Shown: in pieces, positions 1-10,707 of the stretch
How positions within the stretch are numbered: the first letter of the stretch is position 1
How the letters are laid out: each line of letters begins with the position of its first letter
Source of the DNA: Octopus sinensis
Lineage: Eukaryota
Length of the DNA: 64,000 bases
Reading direction: 5' to 3'
Assembly (NCBI RefSeq): GCF_006345805.1
Contig: NC_042997.1
Span: forward strand, 115,072,001 to 115,136,000
The notes under the pieces: generated by a model
What the model saw: the letters and a program-made list of their open reading frames with translations, nothing else
Databases searched by the model: none
Told to the model about the DNA's origin: nothing
Made by a program: the position numbers and the translations under genes

Positions 1-914
1 AAACCAAGGCTAGGATTGAGCTGAAAATTGGCAGGGATACGAAATGCTTCGTGAGGATGAGACCCGCGATGGTTAAAATTCGCAAGCTATAAAGATGTGG
101 TTGCTATGGCAAAAAGTGTGGGGTTTTTTATCGATTCAAGGGGGCCCAGTGCCCCTCTAGGTTTATGCGATTGGCTTTTAATGCCCAGCGGCATGTACTT
201 CAGGCTGTTGTGCTTAATAAACATACATTTTGTCGGGAAATTCCGGCAACTAGGAAACGATTTTTCATTGTGAAAAAACGAGTGCTTTTTGCCCTCATTT
301 TCCTTTTAATATATATATATAAATTTGATATGGGTGATTCTTTCTTATCTTGGGATTCACGGTCAAACGGCTGGGTGGAATTGCATGAAAAATTACACAG
401 ATGTGTAGAATGATCCGGTGGTGTTGCTGGGCTTTGTATTTTTTCATGCCTCCCATGATTATCGAGATAATCTACTATAATAATACTCTTGTGTTTATGA
501 ATGAGAAAGGAAGGGGTGAGAGATGAATAAGGAAGGAAGGGATAATGTCATACTTGGTGGTGGGATGATGAAAATTGTACGCTGAAAAAATAAATCAAAC
601 AGTGTTTCAACTTTGTGTGAATATATGTGTGTATGTGTGTGTGTGTGTTTGTGTGTGAGAGTGCATGTGTACGTGCAATGGAAGTGGGATGGTTCATCTT
701 TGTTCACTTAGTATTGGGGTTTATTTTTTGATTTAGTTGAATCTTGGTTGTTTTTTTTTTCTTGGTTAGTTATTTTTAGTGTTTTTACAGAAAAAAGTCA
801 TTCTAAAATTGTATTTTAAGGGAAGCGTGACCAAACAGGTCGAATGCTGACATAGAGCAGGTTTTACAGCCACATCATCCAAACCAACCGGCTGAAACCG
901 GGCTTAGCTGCTAG
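1..914 (+). mobile_element. Possible 3' part of a non-autonomous Helitron-like element
   Basis: Ends in a small hairpin (CCGG-ctgaaa-CCGG, 888-901) followed by CTAG|T at 911-915, resembling the 3' ends of the clearer Helitrons in this window. No 5' end is visible. Confidence 0.35.
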
Positions 915-920
915 TATATG

Positions 921-959
<39 letters not shown>

Positions 960-961
<2 letters not shown>

Positions 962-1795
962 AAATTTAGAGGAATGACCACTAACAGTGGACAGCCTGTA
1001 TGCTAGAAATAAACGTCAAATTCGCCATTTACCACGAAGAATGTGTTCTCAAGTAAAAATTCAGCAAAAAACCAAAGTGTAAAAATAAGCGAGACAAATG
1101 AAAGTATACGAAATAAACGAAAATATACGAAATATACGAAATATTAGTAATCATTCCTCTAAATTTTGTATGTATAAAAAATTTTAATCTTCAGATTTTT
1201 AAAAAAATGCTAGGCCACTGGTTTTAATTGATTAATATCAATTTCTACACTAATTTAATTTTAAATAAAAAATGTTCTCTAGCCGGTAAATTAACTGCTG
1301 TAGTATATTAACTGCAGAGTAATTTCCGATCTCAGCGCGCCAAAGTGAAGGCGTTTGAAAGATACACATAAATATAATTTGTGGAGCTTTATACATACTG
1401 GATTTCGGTCGAGCGCCCTGTATCTAGTTCTAGAAATTGTATTTCGTAAACGACAGACTATGCTGACGATCTTGCAGATGTTTGCGTATCCATATACGTA
1501 AATATTAACAAGTGAAACTAATTAGTACATAGGTAATCGTTTTTTATTTCGTATACTTTCATTTGACTTGCTTATTTTTACACTTTGGTTGTTTGCTGAA
1601 TTTTTTCTTGAGAACACATTCTTCGTGGCAAATGGTGAATTTGATGTCTATTTCTAGCATACAGGCTATCCTCTATTAGTGGTCATTCCTCTAAATTTTG
1701 CATGTATAAAAATTTTCAATCTTCGGATTTTTTAAAAATATGCTAGGCCACTGGTTTTAATTGATCAATATCAATTTCTACCCTTATTTAATTTC
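960..1795 (+). mobile_element. ORF-less hammerhead-bearing element with direct repeats and 5' inversion (Penelope-like/retrozyme-like)
   Basis: 1151-1260 is directly repeated at 1683-1795 (period about 532 bp). About 960-1117 is the reverse complement of about 1542-1700. A hammerhead motif lies at 1458-1532, and the element abuts (TA)n at 915-959. Confidence 0.65.
1458..1532 (+). ncRNA. Type I hammerhead ribozyme motif
   Basis: Stem I CUAUG/CAUAG; core CUGACGA (1463-1469); stem II CUUG/CAAG with inner 11-bp hairpin (1479-1504) and a U.U mismatch at its base; GAAA (1514-1517); palindromic stem III CUAAUUAG; GUA cleavage triplet. Confidence 0.75.
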
Positions 1796-1890
1796 TTCCC
1801 AATGTAATGATCTTCCCAAAACACAAGATTTATTTCAACATACGAATTCGCATCAAGAAACTTGCCAACCAAATACAAAGACGAAGGTTC

Positions 1891-1996
<106 letters not shown>

Positions 1997-2642
1997 GAAG
2001 AGGAAAGTGAGAGTAGAGAGGCAAGTTTTGTCTAGTGAATGTTTTAAAAAAAGATGGGTGAATGACGAAGCCACCTTGACTATGATTCTATGAACCGTAA
2101 AAATTAATACAGCGAGTTGCTTATTTGCAAAAAAAAAGAAATATAACATGTGACTTCATTGACCGAGGTTACCGTGGTCTTTTCCGTAGGCTTTTCTTCC
2201 CACGGGTAAACCTCACCTGTTCTCCCCTTTACACTTCATATTGACATTTCTGTGATAACGATCCCTATTGATCAATTTTTTTGCCTTTCCCTTTGTTTTT
2301 CCTCTCCCCCCCTTTTTTTTAAAATTAAAAAAAATTTTTTTTTTAATTTTGTTCCCTCCTTTTTTTTGTCCTCTTTATTTCCCTTTACGATCCCTTTTGA
2401 TCGAAAACCAACCCCCCTTTTTTTACCCCCAAAAGAAAAGCTCTACCTTGTAATTTGTCCTGTCTGTGTGCAGCCCTGTGTGGCTAATAAAGAAACATAT
2501 CTATCTATCAATCTATTATCTCTCTCTCTCTCTCTTTCTCTCTCACTCATTCTCTCTCTCTCTCTTTCTCTCTTTCTCTCTCTCTCTCTCTCCTCTCTCT
2601 CTCTATATATATATATATTAAAAATAAAGAAGGCTGGTTTAA

Positions 2643-2705
2643 GGGTTTACCTTAGGTTTCCCGTCCATAAAGGGTTTTTAGCTTTATGGTATATCGTCAG
2701 ATCCC
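2643..2705 (-). ncRNA. Type I hammerhead ribozyme motif (weakened stem II base)
   Basis: Minus strand reads GGGAU CUGACGA uaua CCAUAAAG-loop-CUUUAUGG acgg GAAA CCUAAGG UA AACCC. A decayed inverted copy (core CUGACAU) lies at 2798-2858 on +. Confidence 0.55.
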
Positions 2706-2930
2706 AAAAACTTGTTTGCACATGACCTCTTAAAAATGTTGGCCTATGACGTTTTAAAAATGTACATTTTTAAGAGGCCATGGGCCAACAGGTTTTTGGG
2801 ACCTGACATTACGCCATAGAGCTAAACCCTTTATGGACGGGAAACCAAAATTAATCCCATAGCAGTGTCCCTGGTTCACCGGCTAACTACTATGTACATT
2901 CCGAATGCTTAAATAAATCCATATATATAA

Positions 2931-3862
2931 TAATTTATACATAAATATAAGAGAGTAACCATTATGTGGTCGACTCTAGCACTAAAAATAGATCCGCTAG
3001 GTTTCAGCCACAAAGAATTGTTTCCGATGAAAGTTAGCACGACTACTAGCGCAAACGAACAGGGCAAATAAAAATAACAAAAATGCAGATTAGTTCAGGA
3101 CAATTGTTTCGCTATTAATAAATTATGTAATTTTACTCACATAACATATCTGTAGCTCTTCAGCCGAACCCGTCCAGAATACAATTTACTCAACCGCACG
3201 TTAGATTTTACCATTACGATAAACACACGTGCGTTTCAGTCGATTGCATTCGCTGTTATAATTCAAGTGCCCCTGCCACAGCCCGCCAAAATTCACGGAA
3301 ACAGATACTACATCCAAAATTAAATGTAGTATAATTACAATCAACTAATAAGGGTGAGAAAATTGGATACTAATTTAATAGTACATCCATTTAACACCAA
3401 GTGGCTTAGTGCATAAATAACCTGGATTTCGATAAATTTTATACATAAATATAAGAGAGTTACCACTATGTGGTCGACTATAGCACTAAAAATAGATCCG
3501 TTAGGTTTCAGCCACAAAGAATTGTTTCCGATGGCAGATATGTTATGTGAGTAAAATTACATAATTTATTAATAGCGAAACAATTGTCCTGAACTAATCT
3601 GCATTTTTGTTATTTTTATTTGCCCTGTTCGTTTGCGCTAGTAGTCGTGCTAACTTTCATCGGAAACAATTCTTTGTGGCTGAAACCTAGCGGATCTATT
3701 TTTAGTGCTAGAGTCGACCACATAGTGGTTACTCTCTTATATTTATGTATAAAATTTATCGAAATCCAGGTTTTTTATGCACTAAGTCACTTTGTGTTAA
3801 ATGGATGTACTATTAAATTAGTATCCAAATTTCTCACCCTTATTAGTTGATTATAATAATTT
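2931..3862 (-). mobile_element. ORF-less hammerhead-bearing element with direct repeats and 5' inversion (Penelope-like/retrozyme-like)
   Basis: About 2933-3029 is repeated directly at about 3437-3532 (period about 504 bp). About 3533-3862 is an inverted copy of 3030-3152, the repeat unit and 3330-3435. Contains the canonical hammerhead at 3093-3169 and is flanked by (TA)n. Confidence 0.7.
3093..3169 (-). ncRNA. Canonical type I hammerhead ribozyme
   Basis: Minus strand: stem I GUUCGG/CUGAAC (6 bp, one G.U); core CUGAAGA; stem II GCUA/UAGC with inner UUAUGU/ACAUAA hairpin; GAAA; palindromic stem III CAAUUG; GUC triplet, predicted cleavage between 3099 and 3098. Confidence 0.85.
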
Positions 3863-4007
3863 ATATATATATATATATATTGCTTACCAACTACATGGTT
3901 CTGGGTTCAGTCCCACTGCGTGATACCTTGGGTAAGTGTCTACTACTATAGCCTCGGGCCGACCAAAGCCTTGTGGGTGGATATCGTAGACGGAAACTGA
4001 AAGAAGC

Positions 4008-4061
<54 letters not shown>

Positions 4062-4064
<3 letters not shown>

Positions 4065-5314
4065 GAACGTTCAATAACTAATGCAATTGTTTGATCTAGC
4101 TGAAATTTTGGATGTGCAATTATTTATATCTTTATAGATTAAGTGGTAAATTACAGCTCTGAACTAATTGTGGTTTCTGAGTCAAGTGTGAAATGGAGCC
4201 TGTTGAGTGTCGAGCAGTGATCCGGTTTTTGTATTTGAAAGGACGCACACCACAGGAGACTTTTGATGAAATGAAGGTAACTTATGATGATGATGCCCCA
4301 TCATATGACCTTGTAAAACGCTGGCATCGTGAATTCAAACATGATCAGAACTCTGTGGAAACAGCTCCCAGATCTGGTCGCCCCCCTTCTGCCATTGATG
4401 AGGCATCTGTCCGTCAAGTTGAGGCTGCCATTTTGGAAGTTCGACGCATAACTATTCGCCAAATAGCCCATGAGGTCAAGATTAGTACCGGTTCGTGGAA
4501 ACTATCATTCATGACCATTTGCATATGCAAAAGGTGTCTGCCAGATGGATTTCCAGGTTGCTCACACCTTTCCAGAAGCAAGAACGCGTCGAGTGCTCGA
4601 GGATGAATTTGGAGATGTGCCAAGAAGATGAGTCAAAATTTTTCAAAAGACTGATTACACAGGATGAAACCTGGGTTCATCACTATAATCCAGAGACCAA
4701 AGCCCAGTCAATGCAGTGAAAGCACCGTGACTCACCTCTTCCAAGAAGGCAAGGGTGCAGCCCTCCGCTGGCAAGGTCATGCTCACAGTCTTCTGGGACC
4801 AGGATGGAGTAGTGATGACAGATTTCCTGGCAAAGAGTACCACAATTACAGGAGCCTATTATGCTTCACTTATGAAGAAATTAAGAGAAGCTATCAAAAT
4901 CAAGAGGCGGGGCAAGATCAGCAAAGGCATCCTCCTCCTGCAGGACAACGCTCCGGTCCAAAACTCACTTGTCGCCAGGTCAGAAGCGCAGGCGTGCGGC
5001 TATGAACTCCTCCTCCATCCACCCCTACTCTCATGACCTTGCACCCTCTGATTTTCACCTCTTCCCAGCCATGAAGTTGTTTTTGAAAGGAAAGCGTTTC
5101 CAAGATGATGCAGCCTTGAGTTCTGAAGTTACGTCGTGGTTGGAGAACCAAGCTGGAGTCTTCTACAAAAACGGTCTCCAGAGCTGCATCAACGATGGGA
5201 GAAATGCGTACCTCTGCGTATTTTTCTATGTAGAAAAAGACTAATAACTGTGCCAAGTTTCGTTGCTCTACTGCTATGGGAAGTAGGTCGGGGCATTACT
5301 TATTGAACGCCCTC
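4062..5314 (+). mobile_element. Full-length mariner (Tc1/mariner, DD34D) DNA transposon
   Basis: Imperfect TIRs (cAGGAACGTTCAATAACTAAT at left; ATTACTTATTGAACGCCCTCG at right), TA on both sides, about 1.25 kb long, transposase remnants inside. Confidence 0.92.
4193..5245 (+). pseudogene. Mariner transposase pseudogene (frameshifts and in-frame stop)
   Basis: N-terminal HTH (MEPVECRAVIRFLYLKG...), WISRLL (WVPxxL motif), ITQDETW, LLQDNAP and YSHDLAPSDF motifs spread over four reading frames; TGA at 4717-4719. Confidence 0.92.
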
Positions 5315-5406
<92 letters not shown>

Positions 5407-5654
5407 GTGTGTGTGTGTGTGTATGTGTGTCTGGTTTTGTCCCCCACCATCATCGCTTGACAACCGATGCTGGTAAGATTACGTTTCCGTAAATTAGCGG
5501 TTCGGTAAAATCGATCGACAAAATAAGTACTAGGCTTACAAAAAATAAGCCCTGGCGTCGATTTGATCGGCTAAAAGCGGTGCGCCAGCATGGCCGCAGT
5601 AAATATGTATATATATATATATATATTATATATATATATATATCTATACCAGGT

Positions 5655-5700
5655 GGTGGCTATTAAGTTAGACAATGGCCTGGGCCAATAATGGCCGAAA

Positions 5701-5749
<49 letters not shown>

Positions 5750-5795
5750 TAGGTTTCGGCCATATTGCCCAGGCCATGTCTAACTTAATAGCACT
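5655..5795. repeat. Inverted repeat (about 45-bp arms) enclosing a (TA)n tract
   Basis: CTATTAAGTTAGACAATGGCCTGGGCCAATAATGGCCGAAACCTA at about 5660-5704 mirrors TAGGTTTCGGCCATATTGCCCAGGCCATGTCTAACTTAATAG at about 5750-5791. Confidence 0.85.
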
Positions 5796-5898
5796 ACTGT
5801 GTAGATAGATAGACAGACAGAGAGACACAGACAGTCAGATAGATAGATAGATTATTTGTCAGCATTTTCTTCATTCCTTTTATTATATTATATATATA

Positions 5899-5899
<1 letters not shown>

Positions 5900-5929
<30 letters not shown>

Positions 5930-5985
5930 AAGAAGAAGAAGAAGAAGAAGAAGAAGAAGAAGAAGAAGAAGAAGAAGAAGAAGAG
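5900..5985. repeat. (AGA)n trinucleotide microsatellite
   Basis: Pure GAA array; it produces the poly-R/S/L pseudo-ORFs. Confidence 0.95.
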
Positions 5986-7334
5986 AGTGTGAAAGGGGAG
6001 ATGAGACGGAAGAAGAGAAGAGGGGAGAAGTTAATAAATAAATAAATAAAATAAATAAATAGAGATAAAAGAGGTAAAGAAAAAAAACTCGGACCAATGT
6101 CCAATTCTTTAGGCGTTCATTGAGAATTAGGCAATCGTCACTTCTCAGCGTCCTCATTTTCTTTTCATATAGAGTATATACGTCTCTCTCTCTCTCTTCT
6201 TTTTCATCTCTCTCAGAGAGAGAGAAAGTGGGGTATACATACATACATATATAATACGCATGTGTTGTGTACGTGTATATATGTATATATATGTATGTAT
6301 GTGTAGATATATACATATGTATGTCTATATGTATATATATATGTATGAATATATAATGTAAATATATTATGTATATATACATATATACATATGTATATAT
6401 ACATATGCATTTATATATATATATATATATATAATATATATATATATATATAGATAGATAAATATATAAATATACGTACACATTATACGTACAATGTAAC
6501 TCGCCCATCCCCCTTCTCTCTCTCGCTCTCTCTCTATAAATACCAATTCGTCCGTGACTGTGTGTAAATATGTGTATATATGTACATGTGTATGTATATA
6601 TATATATACTTATATATATATACTTATATATATATATATCTATAAATATATATATACTTATACACACACACACACACATATATATGTATATTTATATGTG
6701 TGTGTGTAAATATATATTCATGCATGGGTATAAATGTAAGTAGATATATGTATCTATATGTATGTATATGTGTGAGTTGTTTCTATGTGTTTGTAAGCGT
6801 GTATATGTTTACAAGCGCATACAGACACAAACACATGCACAAATGCAACACAAACACATACACACACACGTGTGTGTGTGTGTATATATATGTATGTATC
6901 TTATATATTTATATATATATATATATATGTATATATTATATATATATATAATATACATATATATATACATATATATATATACATATATACACACAAAGCT
7001 AGTGTTTATTTTAGAGTTATATTCATCATATAGTTATTTATTTTTTTCTCGCCTCCTTCCCCTTCTTCCTCCATCAGCCTGCCTCTCTCTGCCTCTCTGC
7101 CTATTTCTGATCCGTCGCTCCAGTACAATGGCGGACCGACACTTCACAAGGCGTCACCAAGCAAATCTGTTCAGTGCAATATTGACGCTCAATCAAAGTG
7201 AAGTGTAAGCATGGTTAATTTGATTCCAACCAATATATGAACAAATTTCATTTCCTCTCCCTCTCTTCCCCTCACCGCTCCCCTTTTCACCTCTCTTCAT
7301 CCGCCTCGTTTAATAAATATATCGTCTGACCTTT

Positions 7335-7366
<32 letters not shown>

Positions 7367-7733
7367 TGTATGTATGTATGTATGTATGTATGTATGCTTG
7401 CATATGTGTATATAGACACATACATAAATATTTATGTATACATGTGTGTGCTAAAGTGTGTATGTGTGTGCATGTATATCTATATCTATGTATAGACATT
7501 TATATGTATGTATGTTTATATATATATATATATATATAGATATGTATATATATATAGACGTATATATATATACCCGCTTCTACATATATAATCTACTCTC
7601 TTTAACTTGTTATGATCTACGTTTTCATACATTTTTTCTTTTCTTTTGTTTTTTCGTTTTCCTCATAATTTTGTTCCGTTCTTTCTTTCTTTCTTTCTTT
7701 CTCTCTCTCTCTCTCTCTTCTTTTTTCTTTCTT

Positions 7734-7774
<41 letters not shown>

Positions 7775-8168
7775 CTTTTATTTTCGCCTGTGCCACAGAC
7801 TCCGCTGCCATCGTCGCCATCTGGCTCCTTCATCATTACTACCATCGGCTTGTATAGTTCGGAGTTTCATTGGAAGAAGAGGCATCATTCTTAGAAAAAC
7901 CATACAGTAGTTGCACACATGAACACTCATAAACACACGCACGCACACACACACACTCACTCACACACACATAAACATACATACACAAGGACACATGTAT
8001 ACACATATTGGTGTACGTGTGAATGTGTGTGTTTATGAGTGTGTGTGTGTGTGTGTTTGTGTGTGTGGGTATGTGTGTGTGTGTGTATTTGTGCATGTAT
8101 TTATTGCGCCTTTTTTATTCGCTGACTCAAATTGAAATGAAGTGTTGGATGGAGTTTTTATGAATGGA

Positions 8169-8204
<36 letters not shown>

Positions 8205-8979
8205 CTCGCATATGTGTGCTCGCGTGTTAGTGTGTGTGTGTGTGTGTGCATCTGTGTTCATCCTTGCAGTTTTAACCAGAGGAACGGTTTAGCTCCTTCC
8301 TTTAAAACCAATCACTGCAACCATTCTTCGGAATCCGTCTTCATCCCCAACAGTAAACGCTACCTTTTCCAATTCCATTCCACTTACCTGGTCAACCAAT
8401 ATGCAACAGCTTGGACAAGATTTTCTTTCCTTTTTCTTCAATATATAAAAAAAAAACGAGGAATTAAAATAAGAAGAGACTGATAGACTGGTGATAGGGA
8501 GACTACGTGCATATACACACACACATACATGCATACATACATACATACATACATACATACATACATACATACATACATACATACATACATACATACATAC
8601 ATACATACATACACGCATAGACACATACATACATACCTGTATGCATACATACATACATGCATGTATACATACATACATGCCTGCATGCGAACATTCACAC
8701 ACACACACGCATGTATATATACACACACGTATATATATACGTGCGTTTATTTAAGATGATCCTCCTAAGATACAACGTACACTATATGCTTGTGAGTGAG
8801 TGTGTATATATATATATATATGTATATATTTGTATGAGTGTTATATACATGTATATATTTGTTTCTAATTATATATTTATTTAAATACACATACATACAA
8901 ATACACATATATATATACATCTATGTATATGTATGTATATGTATATATATATGTGGGGGTTGGTGTGTGGTGGTTGTGG

Positions 8980-9079
8980 NNNNNNNNNNNNNNNNNNNNN
9001 NNNNNNNNNNNNNNNNNNNNNNNNNNNNNNNNNNNNNNNNNNNNNNNNNNNNNNNNNNNNNNNNNNNNNNNNNNNNNNN
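8980..9079. other. Assembly gap (100 N)
   Basis: Run of N. Confidence 0.99.
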
Positions 9080-9179
9080 TGAAATAGGAAACCAAACAGA
9101 AATAGGGGTATATTAGGGGTATACGGGGTTATATAACTCACCCCTTGATGATTATATTGACCTGTGCAAGGTGTCATCG

Positions 9180-9630
9180 TTACATTTCGTCAGTCTGGGT
9201 GTCTAACTCTGTGTGTATGTGTGTATAAGTGTGTGTGTGTGTGTGTGCATAAGTGTATGCATGTGTATAAGTGTGTATGAGTGTATAAGTGTCTATGTGT
9301 AGAAGTGTGTGCGTGTGTATAAGCGTGCATGTGTATAAATGTGTGTGTGTAAATATGTGTGTGTGTAAGTGTGTATGTGTAGAAGTGTGGGGGTGTGTAT
9401 AAGTTTGTGTGTATGTGTGTGTATAAATGTATGTGTATGTATGTGTGTGTATAAGTGTGTGTGTGTGTGCTGTGTAAGTCTGTGTATAAGTGTGTATAAA
9501 TGTGTGCTTGTGTATAAGCGTGTGTGTGTGTAAGTCTGTGTACAAGTGTGTGTATAAGTGTGTATATATAAGTGTGTGTGTATGTGTGTGCGTGTGGTTA
9601 AGTGTGTGTGTGTGTGTGTGTGTTTGTGTT
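9180..9630. repeat. Degenerate GTGTGTATAA-type low-complexity array
   Basis: Repeated gtgtgtataagt-like units. Confidence 0.85.
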
Positions 9631-9631
9631 C

Positions 9632-9900
9632 GTGATGTTGATAAGCCACAAAAATGACGAAACATCGATGTGCATCACCCACGAATGGAACCCGGGATGA
9701 GTTGTGCCGACTGTCCATGACTTTCAGGTGTTTTAACACCTGGCGCTTTAAGAGATTCACCTCCATCGCGTCAAATCGCAGCCCACCGGCGAACAAGATC
9801 TCCAGCCAGCGGGGTGGCGTCATTTGATGGCTAAAACAATGCAAAGCGCATTGTGATCAGCGATGTGTAACGGTATCTAATTAGTCTGGTCGCTAACGTG
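9632..9900 (+). mobile_element. Short unclassified element headed by a decayed hammerhead motif and ending in (TA)n
   Basis: GUGAUG uuGAUaA gcc-loop-gac GAAA CAUCGAUG UG CAUCAC at 9632-9678, then about 220 bp non-coding sequence, then (TA)n. Confidence 0.45.
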
Positions 9901-9957
<57 letters not shown>

Positions 9958-9976
9958 TATTACATACATACATATA

Positions 9977-10029
<53 letters not shown>

Positions 10030-10234
10030 ATATATATATATATATATATTATATAATTAGGTTTGGAGATGATATACAGGTATTTTATATTAGAAGAAAT
10101 TCGGATGGTTTTATATTTACGGATATTTATTTGTATATACATGTTTTTATACATCATATATCCTATATCATATATTAGCGCTTTCGTCCATTCTAGTAGA
10201 GTTTTCAAACTGAATGTCAGCCGGTTAATGACCA

Positions 10235-10420
10235 CTCTTGTGGGCAGTACAGAAATGGGTATTTCGTCTATCTTTATGTTCTGAGTTCAAATTCCGCCGA
10301 GGTCGACTTTGCCTTTCATCTTTTCGGGGTCGATAAATTAAGTACCAGTTGTGTACTGGGGTCGATCTAATCGACTGGCCTCTCCCCCAAAAATTTCGGG
10401 CCGTGTGCCTTGAATAGAAA
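10235..10420 (+). mobile_element. tRNA-derived SINE (family B), partial
   Basis: GAGTTCAAATTCC box B and the conserved GTCGACTTTGCCTTTCATC...GTCGATAAATTAAGTACCAG core shared with many copies. Confidence 0.8.
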
Positions 10421-10429
10421 AGGATATAC

Positions 10430-10570
10430 TTTAAATTTTTTCTCTGAGCAAGGAGCTGGTTTTTAACAAAGCTAGAAAGATCGATCGTTGGAATGTAGAT
10501 AATAAAAACAATGTCATATTTTAAACTTGAGAAAAGTCTTGCAAATTTTTATTTTACCGCTTACAGATTG
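10430..10570 (-). mobile_element. 3' end fragment of R4-like LINE family 2
   Basis: Similar to 26630-26770 (GGAGCTG...GGAATGTAGATA...AAACAATGTCA.ATTTTAAACT..AGAAAAGTCTTGC). Confidence 0.6.
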
Positions 10571-10707
10571 CATGTATGCATATATTATGTATGTATGTAT
10601 GTATGTATGTATGTATGTATGTATGTATGCATGTATGTATGCATGCATGTTTATCTTTGTGTCCATACATATATCCGCATATTATATAGGATAGAATTTT
10701 AATAATT

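Larger units (their letters stand above)
3882..5600 (+). mobile_element. tRNA-derived SINE (family A) split by a mariner insertion
   Basis: SINE head with box-B-like GGTTCAGTCC at 3882-4013 and internal (TA)n; the 3' half resumes at about 5420-5600 after the mariner. Confidence 0.8.

Noticed and set aside
1452-1478. TDYADDLA, resembling a reverse-transcriptase YADD motif
   Set aside because: No flanking RT sequence; the same bases are the CUGACGA core and stems of the hammerhead at 1458-1532.
2252-2725. 157-aa ORF
   Set aside because: Homopolymer- and CT-repeat-derived low-complexity sequence, possibly low-quality consensus; no protein features.
5856-9665. Long ORFs such as 5888-6679 and 9180-9665 (also 15851-16457, 26266-27526, 33567-34406)
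   Set aside because: They are translations of microsatellites (YI, CV, MYVC, HT, poly-I/N/R) with no coding signal.
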